Assembly (NCBI GenBank): GCA_030141605.1
Contig: JAQGDQ010000611.1
Location: 1-64,000 of the forward strand
Direction: 5' to 3'
DNA: 64,000 nucleotides
Source: Tubiluchus corallicola
Lineage: Eukaryota > Animalia > Priapulida
The notes beneath the pieces were generated by a model, which saw nothing but the letters and a program-made list of their open reading frames with translations, was not told the DNA's origin and did not search any database. A program made the position numbers and the translations under genes. The first letter of the stretch is position 1. Every line of letters begins with the position of its first letter. This document shows, piece by piece, positions 47,641 to 61,371 of the stretch.

Positions 47641-50600
47641 AGAGTTGGACGAACAGGCGAACAAACAACAAGTAACCAACCATACAAAATTATCGACTCC
47701 CACGATGTTTTGACAGATTTGTGTACATTGGAATAAGCAATCTCTCAGCTGTGCTTTGTAAAGAAAAAGAGGGCTCGCTATTATAGCTTGTTTACATAAA
47801 TCGTTTGACATTTGTAACATAAAACTCCCGCTATTGTTGCTAGCTTTGTATCAATGTAATCTAATGAAGCATTTGATCATGGTTTTGGTCATCTGAGTTA
47901 TTCTTGTACTCGATACACGAGCCACAGAAAGCAGAGTTTCATTTCATCACACTTTAATATGTAAAATTTATACTTTAATATCAGAATACTTTTTATATAA
48001 CCAAATTGTAATTTGTAATTAGCAATCAGTAATTAAAAACAATTAATTTCCACTTTTGCGAAACTTTTTGCTTTGAATTTACGTGCAACCCACAAGGGCC
48101 CAAATAAAATATGTTATAGCAGCTACAGTGGATTTTTCGTTCGTCAGTTTGATACTGTAATGTATTTGAACATTACATTTGCAACAAAACGGTTAGAGCC
48201 CGCGCAACATAAACTCAATTCTCGTATTGTGCCTCGCGTTAAAGGAAACTGTAACCCTCAAACAACATTTCGTTGTATTTTAATATGAATTTAAAGGAAA
48301 GCAGGATGATTTTTCATATACTACCCCACTTTCAAGTCCAATAAAAAGTATACATTTTAAACTGCAAAAGCGTTTCTGATAATTAAATAATAGATTAAAA
48401 CTTAACTGACGGCAAGCGAGCTCAACTATAAATGACATCACAAACTAACGAGCTTTTTACAGGTGTTTGCGAAAGCGAAAGTTGAAGTGCAGTGCTGCTG
48501 CAAGATACTCAGTGTGTTGTACTAAAACTAGGCAAGTTTTAACATAAGAATTTAAATTTAAAATTTACCGCTGTGCTTGCATGATTGTCAAACGTGTGTA
48601 GTTCGTCACAAATCAACACATCTGAACTGAGAGGTACAGCATTTGTTTTTTGTGCAATTTATTTCATGGCTGTAGCTTTCCAACATTTTTCTCACGTATT
48701 AAAATAAGCTAAACTTAAAGAAGGATTTGGTTTTTGCTTTAACAACAGTAAGCATAAGCTTTGAAGTAAATCAAACGCCTCTTCAATATATAGAAATGCT
48801 AAACAATTTTAAGAATGTATAGCTATTATTCAATTTATATGAGGTTGTCAAAGGAGAGTCCACGTCTTCTGGGAGGTTAGGCTTATTACACTGTCGCGAA
48901 AAATGCTAGAAAGATGTAGTAATAAAAATACGATAAGCGTCTCGTGAAATTAGTAAAATCATTTTAATGTCGCGATGCGATCATTTTCACGTTTGCGCGC
49001 TCTCATTTTGAAAGCCAATTCCACCAATGACGTCGTTCACAAGCTGAAAAAAGCAGTGAAATGTGAATATGCGTTAAAAGTATAATAAGTTTTAACAAAA
49101 GATTACATGGCTATTTTTGTGCTATTTTTGACCGAACAATAGGTAAGCTGCAGAAGTTTGAATTAGTTTAATGCGCGCTTACGGGCAGCTACGGTGCGCT
49201 TTCGAAAAGTCAGGTAGTCCAATAGTTAAGTGTGAACATTTCTGTACAGCGGTAGTATGAATTAACCTTATACTTCATAGACAGTTTTTTGCAAATTTCT
49301 CTGTTATATTTTTCTAAGTTTAAGTGATAGCAGTAAAATAAACACAACATGCTAACTGACTTGTCCTTCCGTTTAAGGCAAATACTGTTTGCTGGGGTTG
49401 TTATTAAGATGGTGTAGCGTATTGCACTTTGCCAATTCATAGATATAATATTGAGCTAAACAGGTGAAAGTGCATTGTACAGTTCTATTCATAGGCACCA
49501 GGCCAACCAACCTACAGGTAATGTTATGTCCTCCACTTTAAACTAGGAAGCCCATAACATTACCTGCGATTGGTTGAGCAGTGGTTTCCTGTGGAAAGAA
49601 CGAACACGTGACATCGTCAGTTGTCTTCTGGTTGTCGTGGAATGCACTTCTCCTGTCTGCCTGCCGAGTGTCGTGGATTCCGTAAGGTTTGAAGCATTGT
49701 CATCAGGTTTTGTTTTTTTTTCTATTGTGTTGTTCTTCTCAGCCGTCCCTTTTGAATTCTAAGTTTTGGTTTTGTTGTTTCTTTTTTTTAAATTTCTGGA
49801 GTGTCCGTTATGCAGCGCTTACCCGCATCACCGATGGCGGGCCGTAAGGCTATCTACCGGATCGAACCCCGGAACAATATATCAGGTTGTATATTGTATC
49901 TATGATATTATAAAAGGAAAATAATGGAACAGTTTTAAAATTACCACATTGGTGTTACACACGTCCGTGTATAAACACAAAACATTTTATGTCATTCTGT
50001 TTGATTTTTCCAAAGATACAGAAGTTTTAAAACAAAAAGTCAAATAAATAAATGTTGGGAAAAATTTTGTTCAACTTTCAGGATACCGTAATCAAGAAGA
50101 TTAAATCCCATTTTTTTCTTGATTACAAATCCTTGTCAGAGCTTTATTTTCTGTGGTGATGACCATGGTGTAAACTGGTTGATTTGTTTGTTTTGCTGTC
50201 AAATATTGACTGTTTTATAGGTCAACGTGGCCGTTTTTCAGTTGATGACCGTGCAACACGACATGACGTGACACGACCTAACGTGCAACTGACATTGTTC
50301 CGGCACTTAAATTTTCAACATGCAAAAGTTTTTTAGGCGTAATTTTAAAAACGCTGAAATAAATAAACTTGTACATTTCGCAACTAATAGTTAATATCGT
50401 GCAATAACGTACCATGCAAATTTCAAATATGTATAAAACACTTGTACTTGGGCGTATTATACATGTACACAGAAATAACATGGTAATGACGTGTAATGAC
50501 GTGTTAATGACGTGTGCACAGAAAAAATTAAAAAAACAACTACAACTAATACGCTGAACGTTTTATACGCATGCGTGAAAACATGGCTGACTCGCGGGCG

Positions 50601-50985
50601 TATTCACCGATTGCTTAATAGGCCTACACATTTCCGTGCGAGAGCTGAATTTTCTACCGAAAGTTTCTTTTAGTTTCGCTAATTATTTAATGGCACGTCG
50701 CTGTGCGATGAAATGACTTCAGTTTGTCGCGTTTTGTGTGAGATTTTGCGTTTCATTTATCGTAACACTTTCACAAATGTGATGCGATTCGTGGAGTATT
50801 TGACACGCGCTTCTTTTTAATAGGACCATTTTAGTCATAATCTAAGCAAAAGATTATTTAGCCTACCTTAATCTTGTGTCGAAAATTGCTAAACCAAAGC
50901 CTGAATCAGACATTCAAATTTATAGTAGCAGTAGCATTTTTCTTGTTATTAAGACCAACAAGGTTACATGTATAGTTGGTATATG

Positions 50986-51031
<46 letters not shown>

Positions 51032-51045
51032 GTGGTACTTTACGC

Positions 51046-51171
51046 TTTGGCAACTCTCGTTGCGTCTATCGTTGTTGTAATATATACATGTAATATACAT
51101 ATACATATATATATACATGTATATTACATGTATATATTACAACAACGATAGACGCAACGAGAGTTGCCAAA
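51046..51171. repeat. Inverted repeat, 55-bp perfect arms with 16-nt TA-rich loop
   Basis: TTTGGCAACTCTCGTTGCGTCTATCGTTGTTGTAAT... / ...ATTACAACAACGATAGACGCAACGAGAGTTGCCAAA; preceded by (TA)n 50985-51029. Confidence 0.95.
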
Positions 51172-51835
51172 CAATAAAGTATCACTTTGCCAAATTGCCA
51201 AGTTGCACCAATCTGCACGCTGCCAAAGAGTAAAGTGAGAGTTTACCAAAGAGTAAAGTACCACATTGTCAAACATTAAAGTACCACGCTACAAATCTGC
51301 CACGCTGCCAAACAGCAAAGTACCACTTTACCAAATTGCCAAGATACCAAAAAATAAAGTACCACGCTACCAATCTTCAACGCTGCCAAACAGTAAAGTG
51401 TCAATTTACCAAAGAGTAAAGTACCACGTTGTCAAACAATAAAGTGCCACTCTACCAAAGGGTAAAGTACCACGTTGTCAAACAGCAAAGTACCACTTTA
51501 CCAAATTGCCAAGATGCCAAAAAATAAAGTACCACGCTACCAATCTTCAACGCTGCCAAACAGTAAAGTGCCAATTTACCAAAGAGTCAAGTACCACGTT
51601 GTCAAACAGTAAAGTACCACTTTACCAACCTGCCAAGATGGCAGAGAGTAAAGAACTACGTTGTCAAACAGTAAAGTACCGCTTTACCAATCTGCCAAGA
51701 TGCCAAAGAGTAAAGTACCACGTTACCATTCTGCCAAACTGTAAAGTACTACGCTACCAATCTGCCACGCCCGCAAGAAACTAAAACGCCAAATTATATA
51801 TCCGCTACGATGCTAAAAAACTAAAGTGCCAAACT
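51165..51835. repeat. Complex satellite built on CCAAAxAGTAAAGTACCAC motifs
   Basis: Direct reading; higher-order repeat 51310-51450 / 51480-51620. Confidence 0.9.
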
Positions 51836-52849
51836 ACTGAAAATGAACTTCTTGTGTTAAAGCCCCCGTAAATACTATAAGCAATCGCCTTTCATTTTTG
51901 TCACTAATTCAGTAATTCTTCGAAATAAAAACAGGTGGGCGTTATTGTGCAATAGGCGCAATAGGATAAAAACAAAGCTAAACATAACTCTCGAACTTAA
52001 CCCTCGCTGCCGCTTTGCACAAGCGCTATCATAAATCATTATCATATTTTTGCCTGTCAAATCATGCTTTGGCCATGCTATTTCGCCATACTGATCATGA
52101 GCCTCACAACGTAATCGATAAACAATCAATTTAATCAATTCTTATAATGCGTAGTTTTGTACCATTGGCTGCAAAGTCCCCTTTAGGGTTCAGAAAAAGC
52201 CGCTTTCCCTTTTATAAGCTGATTATTGTGGTTTATTTTACCTTTTTCTCTTACCTTATTAGGAAACGCACACCAATTAATACCTTTCAATACCTGGATA
52301 TGAATTTCTCCGTTTACTTATATGTTCCTAGACCTCCTGCTCTACCTGCCCACCTACATTATCGGATTAGCCATAACTAACGTAAATATTTTCAGCTTTA
52401 CCTGCTTATATACCTGCTTTTTGCAACGATTGCTAATTAGTAATCGGGTATTTCTGGCTTCCTTCCGGTTGAATGCTGTTGACATGAGGCTTAAATGTGT
52501 TTCCTGGCAGCTCAGAGCATTCTATTCAGCTGACTGCATGGCATAGTTACAGTCATGTCAGATTTTTTAATAGTAATACGACTTACGTATTTGGGAGTTC
52601 ATACTAAATCAGTAGGCCGCAATAATCATGATGATCGACATTTCAACAAATAGATTTATTGCCAATTTTTCACGACTAAAATTGATTCGTTTTCCAGGAG
52701 TATCGTCGATAACCCTTCGCTTAGTTGCAACAGTCCTACTGAGAGTCCCGGCCAACATTCTTTTTGAGTATTCAAACTATTTATAGTTAAAAACAACACA
52801 ACTTCATTAGAAGTTCTACTTTAAAAATTAAAACCATGCTTAAAATCAT

Positions 52850-52890
52850 GCCAAACGTTTCGACGTGTTGCTGCTGTCATCATCAGTGGC
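52850..52890 (-). ncRNA. Minimal type I hammerhead ribozyme motif
   Basis: GCCA-CUGAUGA-UGAC(agcagcaacac)GUC-GAAA-CGUU-UGGC: intact core boxes, stems I and II, palindromic stem III. Confidence 0.7.
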
Positions 52891-53354
52891 AAATTTACAA
52901 ACATGTAACCAATTTATATAGGCAGAACTTATTATGCACTAATTAAGTAGTTAACAGAAGCCAAATGGGTAACGAACAAGCAGACCTTAATTTCAGTATT
53001 CATGATTTTAATAATTTCAGCATTGTGACCACAGCTACGAAAAACTGCGACTTATTAATAAAAGAAAGTTTATCTGTGTACCCTGTTAAGCCTTCTCTTA
53101 ATGTACAAAGCAGTTCAATTCCTTTAACTTTATTTTCAAACATTTAGCTATTTGTTATTGTATCAATTTCTTTTCTTTCAGGTCTGCTTTAAACATCACC
53201 TATTTGGCTTTTGTAAATACATAATTAATGCATAAGTTACTGTATCAATTTCTTTACTGGTCTGCTTATTCATTACCTATTTGGCTTCTGTTAACTATTT
53301 TATTAGTGCATGATAGGCTCTGCCTATATAAACTGGTTGTATGTTTGTAAATTT

Positions 53355-53395
53355 ACCACTGATGATGAGAGCAGCAGCCTGTCGAAACGTTTGGA
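53355..53395 (+). ncRNA. Minimal type I hammerhead ribozyme motif (more degenerate)
   Basis: CCA-CUGAUGA-UGAGAGCAGCAGCCUGUC-GAAA-CGUU-UGG. Confidence 0.6.
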
Positions 53396-54284
53396 ATGTT
53401 TTAACATTTTAATGTAATTTTTAATAAAGTTGTGTTGTTTTTAACTATAAATGTTTTAAGTGATTGTAATAAAAATTATTTAAACTGTGATATGCACAGA
53501 ATACTACTTCTTGCAAACTATATTAAGAATTTACTTTCCTACTAACTTGAGTTTCTCAGTAGCAGTATGGATGTTCCTAACAACAAATTTTAAATGGTGA
53601 ATCTTTTCATATTTTCCCTTGTCGTCACCATTTGTGTGCTTGCTTGCTTGCCTGTTTGTTTGTGTCCGTGTCTGTTTATTAGTTTGTTTGCTTACATGCT
53701 TGTTTGTTTGTCTGTTAAATAGAGTTGATACTTAATAAAGAATTGATCAAATTTAAAACTATTTAAACTAATAATTAGCAAATTGATTTCAAAACAGCAA
53801 AATCTGCTTATTCCATGCTAACCTAAAAGCAGCTTTTCTCTAAATTTCATAAACCGTCTATACGCGCATGCGCAAATACAATCCTGTGCTTTTACGCTTA
53901 GCAGAAGAGATGTCATTACAGACATACGTGCTGATTCAGATTTATGAGTTTTATGTACAAGCAGGAAGTCGGAAACAATACTTCTCGAGTTTAATAATGC
54001 ATAGATCTGCAATTGCATTCCAGTGGGTAACAATATCAGTCGTGAAAACTGCAGCGTGCTCAGTGCTCACATAGGAACATGAGAAAATATAAATAAATAA
54101 ATAACAATATAAATATAATATAAATAACATGATAAATAAACAATATAAATATAAATAATTTATTACTTATATGTTGCTAAAAAAACTAAAAGCTCGCAGT
54201 AATATCTACAATATTTTTATTGCTAGTAATAGTATATGTAAATATATTATGTGTTAAGTTGTAATTAGTAAATTATAAATAGTA

Positions 54285-54947
54285 GATAGATAGTTTTATT
54301 GTTTATTGACGAACAGCACAATACAACATACAATACGATGTACATAAAAATAACACATCGCACAAAGCATCACAACACTTCATGTATTATCGTCATGTTG
54401 AAACAGTAAAAGAAACAGTAGAGGTTAAACAGTAAATTTACAAGCTTACAAAAATACTGTAGTTACAATATTGTGCTTTTGCTGTCAGTTGAATATGATC
54501 AATCAGTTTAATTAATATTAAAATATTATTTTTCTTCTTTCAAAACAGTCTGTAAAATAATTTGAAATTAAATGTGCAAGTTCACTTTCTTTTCCATTCA
54601 CCAGAAATATAAATTTTTCCTGTACTGTAAGATTAAAATTGTTTGGGAAAATTTCATTGACATGAGAAAACAGGCTTTGTCTTAAACCATTATAATAGTT
54701 ACATTCAAGAATTAGATGTTTTCCAAGTATTTTATCTTTACAAAAATGGCAGGTTTAGGTTTGGTGTGTCCGCCTTTTTCAATAAGGAGGTTGTGTGAGG
54801 TAATACGCAACTTTGTAAACTTTGCTCTTTTAACGGGATTTCTTATTAGCAACAAGTATCTTTCTTCCACGAACTCGTTTTTAAACTTGGAATAAGTTCG
54901 TAACTTGTTCTTTTCGTTAATTTTTTGCCAGATACTTTGGTGGCATT
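54285..54947 (-). mobile_element. LINE 3' fragment
   Basis: [10 protein letters not shown]...YL...KFTKLRITSHNLLIEKG, then LECNYYNGLR; AATAAA-containing tail. Confidence 0.75.
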
Positions 54948-55345
54948 TAGGTAGGTAGGTAGGTAGATAGGCAAGCAGGTAGGCAGATAGGTAGGTACGT
55001 AGGTAGGTAGGTAGATAGGGTGGCAGACAGGCGGGCAAGTAGGCAGGTAGGTAGGTAGGTAGGTACGTAGGTAGATAGGGTGGCAGACAGGCGGGCAGGT
55101 AGGCAGGTAGGTAGGTAGGTAGGTAGGTACGTAGGTAGGTACGTAGGTAGATAAGTACGTAGGCAGGTAGGTTTGCAGGTAGGTAGGTAGGTAGGTTGGT
55201 AGGTAGGTAGGTGGGTGGGTAGGTAGGTAGGTAGGTAGGTAGGTAGGTAGGTAGGTAGGTAGGTAGGTAGGTAGGTAGGTAGGTAGGTAGGTGGGTAGGT
55301 AGGCAAGCAGGTAGGTAGGTATATAGGTAGGTAGGCAGCTATGTA
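54948..55345. repeat. (AGGT)n microsatellite
   Basis: Direct reading. Confidence 0.95.
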
Positions 55346-55739
55346 GGTGGGTGCAGGGAAAGTAGGCTAATTATGCACCATCTACAGTGTAACGTCATCT
55401 AGTAGCATAATCAGTTACAGCTTCTTTTCACTGTTTCTTTATCATCATAACACAACTGATTCGGCGGTTGCATCTTCTTTATCAATTATTCAGCTTCTGT
55501 ACGGTCTTAGTCTACGGAGTAAGATAATGAGCTAATCTCTGCCTCTTAATTTGACGAGCATTCAATATGTCAGGTCGCGTCAGAATTGTCAGGCGTGTGC
55601 TAATCCTCAACACACGGGAAAAGGTGAGGAGTGTAGCAGCCGTGTAGAGATGAGTAAAAAGGGGGGCGGTAGGTGGGAAGAGAATGTTGTGGCTTGAAGA
55701 GAAAGTCTATAGAACGGAAAGCAAGTAAGGGGAACAGAC

Positions 55740-55971
55740 AATAAAAGAACACGGAAGAGAGCAAAAATAGTTATGAAAAAAGCCAAGGAGGTGGGGAGAG
55801 GAGGGAAAAAAGAAGAAAGAGTGGAAATGAGAGAGAGAGAGAGAGAGGGGGGAGAGAGGAGAGAAATAAAGAGACAGACACAGATAGAGAGAAAGAGAGA
55901 GAGAGGTGAAAAAGAGCAGAGAAATGAAGAGACAGACACAGATAGAGAGAAAGAGAGAGGGATATTGAGAT

Positions 55972-56003
<32 letters not shown>

Positions 56004-56782
56004 CAGGGAAAATGAAAGCAAAGAAGAACGAAAGTGGAGAGATAGAATGGAGGACAGAGAGAGTGTGAGAGAGAAAAGCAGAAAGACAGGCAGGGAAAGT
56101 CGGACAGAGGGAAAGAGAAAGAGAGCAAAAGAAGTTGAAAACGAGAGAGAGAGAGAGGGGGGGAAGAATCTTACAGAGACAGAGGACAGACAATGGCTGG
56201 AAAGCTGCGCGCGGCTGACTGAAAGTGATCTCTATTTATAGGACTTTCCAAGGAGAAATACTTTTTTGCCCGTAGAAACTTTTTCGTGGGCACATTTTTG
56301 CGATAAATTTTGCTATTATCCTCAAATTACACTGTAAATTATGGAAAAGGAATACCTATCCGTGAGCAGCCTACGGTCATACGTCTTTCTGATTTCAGAT
56401 AAATAATCTGCGAGGGAACCTGATACTCCTCATAAGAAAAATTAATGTAAGCAGAACATATGGATGTCTTGGAGCTATAGTGCTGGTCGAATTTCTTCTG
56501 AAAGCTTGAACTAATCATGGTGAATTAATATGGGACTGTAATGACGCGTGTATTTCGTATGAAGTGTTGTCCGTTTCTTTGTCTGTGTATTATACGGCTA
56601 TCTCTCTCTCTCTTTCTCCTTCCCTTTTCCCCATTTTCTCTGTTTGTATGTCTTTTTGTTTATCCATCACTTGCTCTCCTTCATTCTCCCTCGCTGTTTT
56701 CCTTACCCTTTCTCTCTTTACCCCTTTCTTTCTCAAAATTCTTCTCTTTTTCTCTCTCACTCTCTCACTGACTCTTCTCATT

Positions 56783-56853
<71 letters not shown>

Positions 56854-57099
56854 CTTTCTTCACTTTCTCTGTTTATTTATCTGTCTGTCTAATTTGTTTT
56901 GATTTAACTCTTTATTTCGAACTAAGTTCATAGAATGCATAACATACAATACTTACAAGACATACAATCATTATAACCTCTCACTCCCAACATATACAAA
57001 TTAATACATATATAAATAAAATGACAGTACATCTCTCACCCTCTTTCATTCATCCTATTGTCCTTCCCCTTTTTAATGATGGCTCTGTGTCTCTTCATC

Positions 57100-57154
<55 letters not shown>

Positions 57155-57197
57155 TCTCCCTCTCTCCCTCTCTCCCTCTCTCTCTCTCTCTCTCTCT
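55740..57197. repeat. AG-rich block (55740-56165) and CT-rich blocks (56575-56900, 57085-57197)
   Basis: Direct reading. Confidence 0.9.
56175..56241 (-). promoter_or_regulatory. Candidate TATA promoter and short first exon
   Basis: CTATAAATAG, TCAGTCAG initiator-like motif 20-24 nt downstream, then GTAAGA donor at 56174. Confidence 0.3.
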
Positions 57198-58172
57198 GAT
57201 TAATTTTATACATAAAGAATTAGTACCTAAGATCAAAACAAAGAAAAGTAATACAATACAGATATTACAATTACACATATCCTAAATAACCGCACATCTA
57301 TTACACAATATTTATACACATTACTTTACACTAAGATTAACGCAGAGCCGATTTTCAATTGCGTTTAAGTTACATATTACTAAAAAATCATTATTTCATT
57401 CTATAGCATTTATGATATCTTCGTTCACTGAACAAACGATTTTTTCCTCAGATGTCTGATGAAAACCGCTACTTACAATACTATCTTTAATTTTTCTTAA
57501 TTTTTGTTAGTGAAATTAATGCAACATTTAAGTTATGCAATTGAAGATTATAACCGAAGCCAGATTTTGTTGAAAATTCAGCTTACCTAGCGAAATAACT
57601 AACTAATGTATTGTGGCTGTTCACAGAAGTCACATAATATTGCACGAAACGTTTCTCAAATAAGAGACTGATACATTTGAAACAAAGCGATATAAAACAT
57701 GAACTATAAGGGAAATTTAATGTCATAAACATCAAGTTTTTTCGTTTTCAATACAAATATGTTCTTAATGTAACATTATATATATAACAGAAAAGACCCT
57801 ATTGACTGTCATCTGTAAAAATATTGCTATTTTCATTTTTTTATTTTTTATTTTTGTGGAAGGTATTCAGCGTGAACACTATAACATCATTAGGCAATAT
57901 ACTTATTCTGCATACACAGATCGTGAGATGCACATATTTAAAACGTCTACTGAATTTTATTGCTTTTTATGGTAAAACTAAGAATTCAAGCTTTGCAAAC
58001 CCCTAGAGAATTTGCTAATTGCCATTATCTGGCTCTGCGACATTATGTTAATTTATGCACGTGATTCAGCAAAACAGACAACTATAGAGAAAGCAAATTC
58101 ATTCTGCGTTTTATGCTAAAACAAAATACAATTTCCAGATCGCTTTGTTGAAGTTGTAATTATTGATGTATG

Positions 58173-58609
58173 TAGGGCTGGATTATCCCATAGGCTAGTA
58201 TAGGCTTCAGCCTGGGGCACCTCAAGCTAGGGGGCCCATACTTTCATGTAACTTAAAATAAAATTTCAACACAAAAAAGAGGACAGGAAGTCTGAAAATC
58301 CAGTTTTAAAGTGGCTCCTCATTTGAGATAAAGGATCCCTGTTTGAGGCCTTTTATTTCAGACAAAGGGCTCTTTTTGGGGCTCTCTATTTCAGATAAAG
58401 GTCCTTTTTGATGTCTGAAATGTGAAATTTTCGAAAATACGAAATAGTTCTACTTAAAGTATGGGACCTCCAGCTATGTAAGTGCCGCTAAAATATATTA
58501 CAAGTACAAAATATTCGAGACGAGTGTGAAGATGGAGGGGTGGGGATGGATTAGAGGCCCAATGATTTCGTTAGCTTAGGGACCCCAAAAAGGTCATGAT
58601 CCGGCCCTG
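58173..58609. mobile_element. hAT MITE
   Basis: TIR TAGGGCTGGATTAT / ATGATCCGGCCCTG; perfect 8-bp TSD GATGTATG at 58165 and 58610. Confidence 0.85.
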
Positions 58610-58814
58610 GATGTATGATAAATTTCCAAACTCTCATTTCGACAAGTTGTTGCGGCTCATGAAATTTTAGAGAGAGTTGTGCGAAAACATGATGAAAACA
58701 ATGAACAAGATCAAGACAAAATTCACAGACAAAAGGTGAGAAATTGTAGCGAAATTCGATAAAATAAGACAAAGTCATATTGGAAAGAGAAAAAATACAG
58801 TTGTCATGCTGTTT

Positions 58815-59320
58815 AGTTTTGTTTGTTCTGTTCTGTACTGTTCTCTTCTGACTTGCTCTGTTCAATTCTGTTCTGCTGTTCTGTTCTGTTCTGTTCTGTT
58901 CTGTTCTGTTCTGTTCTGTTCTGTTCTGTTCTGTTCTGTTCTGTTCTGTTCTGTTCTGTTCTGTTCTGTTCTGTTCTGTTCTGTTCTGTTCTGTTCTGTT
59001 CTGTTCTGTTCTGTCCTGTCCTGATCTGTTCTGTTGTGTTCTGTTCTGTTCTGTTCCGTCCGGTTCGGTTCGGTTCGGGTCTTTTCGGTTATGTTACGTT
59101 ACGTTACGTTACGTTACGTTACGCTACGTTATGTTATGTTACTTATGTCATGTCACGTTACGTTACGTTATGTTATGTTCCATTCCATTTTGTTCCGCTC
59201 AGTTCCGATCTGCTCTGGTTTGCTCTGTTCTGCTCCATTCTTTTCTATTCTGTTCCTTTCCGTCCCGTTTCGTTCCGTTTCACTCCCTTCTGTTCTGTTC
59301 CTCTCTGTTCGTTTAAGCTC
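58815..59320. repeat. Pentanucleotide microsatellite (GTTCT)n grading to (GTTCG), (GTTAC), (GTTAT)
   Basis: Direct reading. Confidence 0.95.
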
Positions 59321-61371
59321 TGTTTTACTTTATTATGCTTTATTTTGTATTTAAAAAAACTGAACGGCTATAAAATATCTATTTTCTTACGTTTTTAAGA
59401 TTGCACTTCACTTGATTAAATACACACCTAGCTAAGCAGCGAGAACTTAGACTATTTGAACAATCACATACCTGTAGTAAATCTTTTCAACGTGAGTTGG
59501 CTGAATTTTTCAGAATTTTAGGTGTGTTGCTAAACTTTATATCAGTCTACAGCATGTAATTAAACCAGAAGTAGTTTGGAAGCTGTAATGTCATCAGAGC
59601 TGCTCTGTTTTCCGCCGCGTCATAATTAACTTCAGTTTTCACAATCAAGCTGTTGAAATCTTTGATAGAGCTCTCCCCCGCAGCTTTTTAATTACAAACG
59701 CAGGAAACCGCGCCACTTGACAAAGAACCGCCATCATTTTTATGGCCTTCTGTGTTAAACTTTTGAAAATTCGGCTTCAGTTACTTTGGTTTAGTAGCTA
59801 AAGTTCTTGATTATTGATATTTTAATTGCTTTTGGTTTTGCCGACAATCTGTCATGCCGAGGGCGTGCGAGCGCGAACAGTATCTGGCGAATAACTTATT
59901 CTAGCTCGCTGTCAAAGATCTTCCATGTTGCTGTTAACTGTGTATATAAATACACGTTTCGGACATTCGATAAGTTAATGTTCCCATTGTTGTGTCGTAT
60001 ATCTATATCTTTATGGCTGTTTTATAGCCCCTCTTGCTCTTTTATGGCCTACTTAATCGCTCCTTTAAGTAGCTAGTAACTGTAAAAAACCTTTCTGAAT
60101 CTCTCTAGGAAATGCGTGTAGCAAATGCATAGTTACAATGAGCGAGATATATGCTATTCATGCGTCAAAGTTTGAGTTTTGACTGCTCATGTCTGAGTTC
60201 GTCTTAACTGCTCAAATCTCAGTTCGAGTCTTAATTTCTCAAGTCTGAGTTCAAATCTTCACTGCTCAAGTCTGAATTCGAGTCCTAACTGCTCAAGTTT
60301 CAGCTCGAGTCTTAAATGCTCAAGTCTCGTCTTATCTTCACCTTATAAGATCATCCTATCTGACAGCCTACGTTTTTTTGTAAAAAAGGAAATCCAGCTT
60401 TATTCTCGGGCTTGACATATAATTTAACATCCCTTGATTTACGTTTGGTACATGACGTCATGTAATGGCGACTTCGGAACAGTATCGCAGGAGATTTAAA
60501 ATGAAAACAAACTAAAATTCCTTTCAGTGCGAGTACGACACACGCATAAAATTGCTGTAAAGTAGTACAATTTTTTAAGGTGATTTTTGTGAAACCTACT
60601 TCGGGCACCCCTTTTCTTGTCCTTTAAGTTCCTAAAAGTGGAACTGTGGACGAGAATCCTACAGCACCGCACTTTCCTCCAGTTATGTGTCTAAAACTCT
60701 GCCACCGTCTCATCGAGAAACACCTGTGATCACATTCCACTTTCGAGTCGTCACAGCTAAGAATGAGAGACTATACTAAATTCTAAAGAAAGCATTCTTT
60801 AAAATGAAATAACTGCCAGCACCCACTCACTTAAACAAAGACATGGCTATTTATTTCAACACAATCATCTGCAACGTTTCAACTATGACATGGCCATGAT
60901 CATGCAATTCTACCTAACAAAAATATGATGCATAAAAAATCATATTGAAGTCCAAAATTCCACATTGTGGAAGCAGGTAAAAAGTGCAAACAATTTCTAA
61001 ATAGTAATCTTATAGGTCGTGCAGTGCATTGCTAGCAATAACAAAAATATAATGTTATGTTCATCATACGCCCATTACGTCTATTGTAGACATTGGGCAG
61101 GCAGACTTCGAAAATAAAGAAAGCTGCACTCAGGACAGGTAAACACAGCAGTAATCCAGTAAAAAACATGACACTACCATGCCAGTGGCTTGTCAGCACC
61201 ACTTCCGAGCTAAGTGGTTGTGCTATATTATGTTATGTTACTCCAGCACAGTTCATTCTATGACTAAAGCCTGCACGTGGCAATAAGAGAAACCTTCGCA
61301 CCAAATATGAACAACACTGTAAACGAGCAGCTACAAGGACCAGTTTAAAATAAACCAGGGGCTGAACAGAA

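Larger units (their letters stand above)
52779..53452 (+). mobile_element. Penelope-like retroelement remnant with inverted pLTR copy
   Basis: FSIVTTATKNCDLLIKESLSVYPVKPSLNVQ matches the PLE GIY-YIG C-terminus (IKE...KPSLN); 52779-52986 is an inverted copy of 53259-53452. Confidence 0.85.

Noticed and set aside
49795-49875. Minus-strand GGTTCGATCC B-box with GC-rich stretch and A-rich tail
   Set aside because: No cloverleaf or A-box; at most a truncated SINE, too short to classify.
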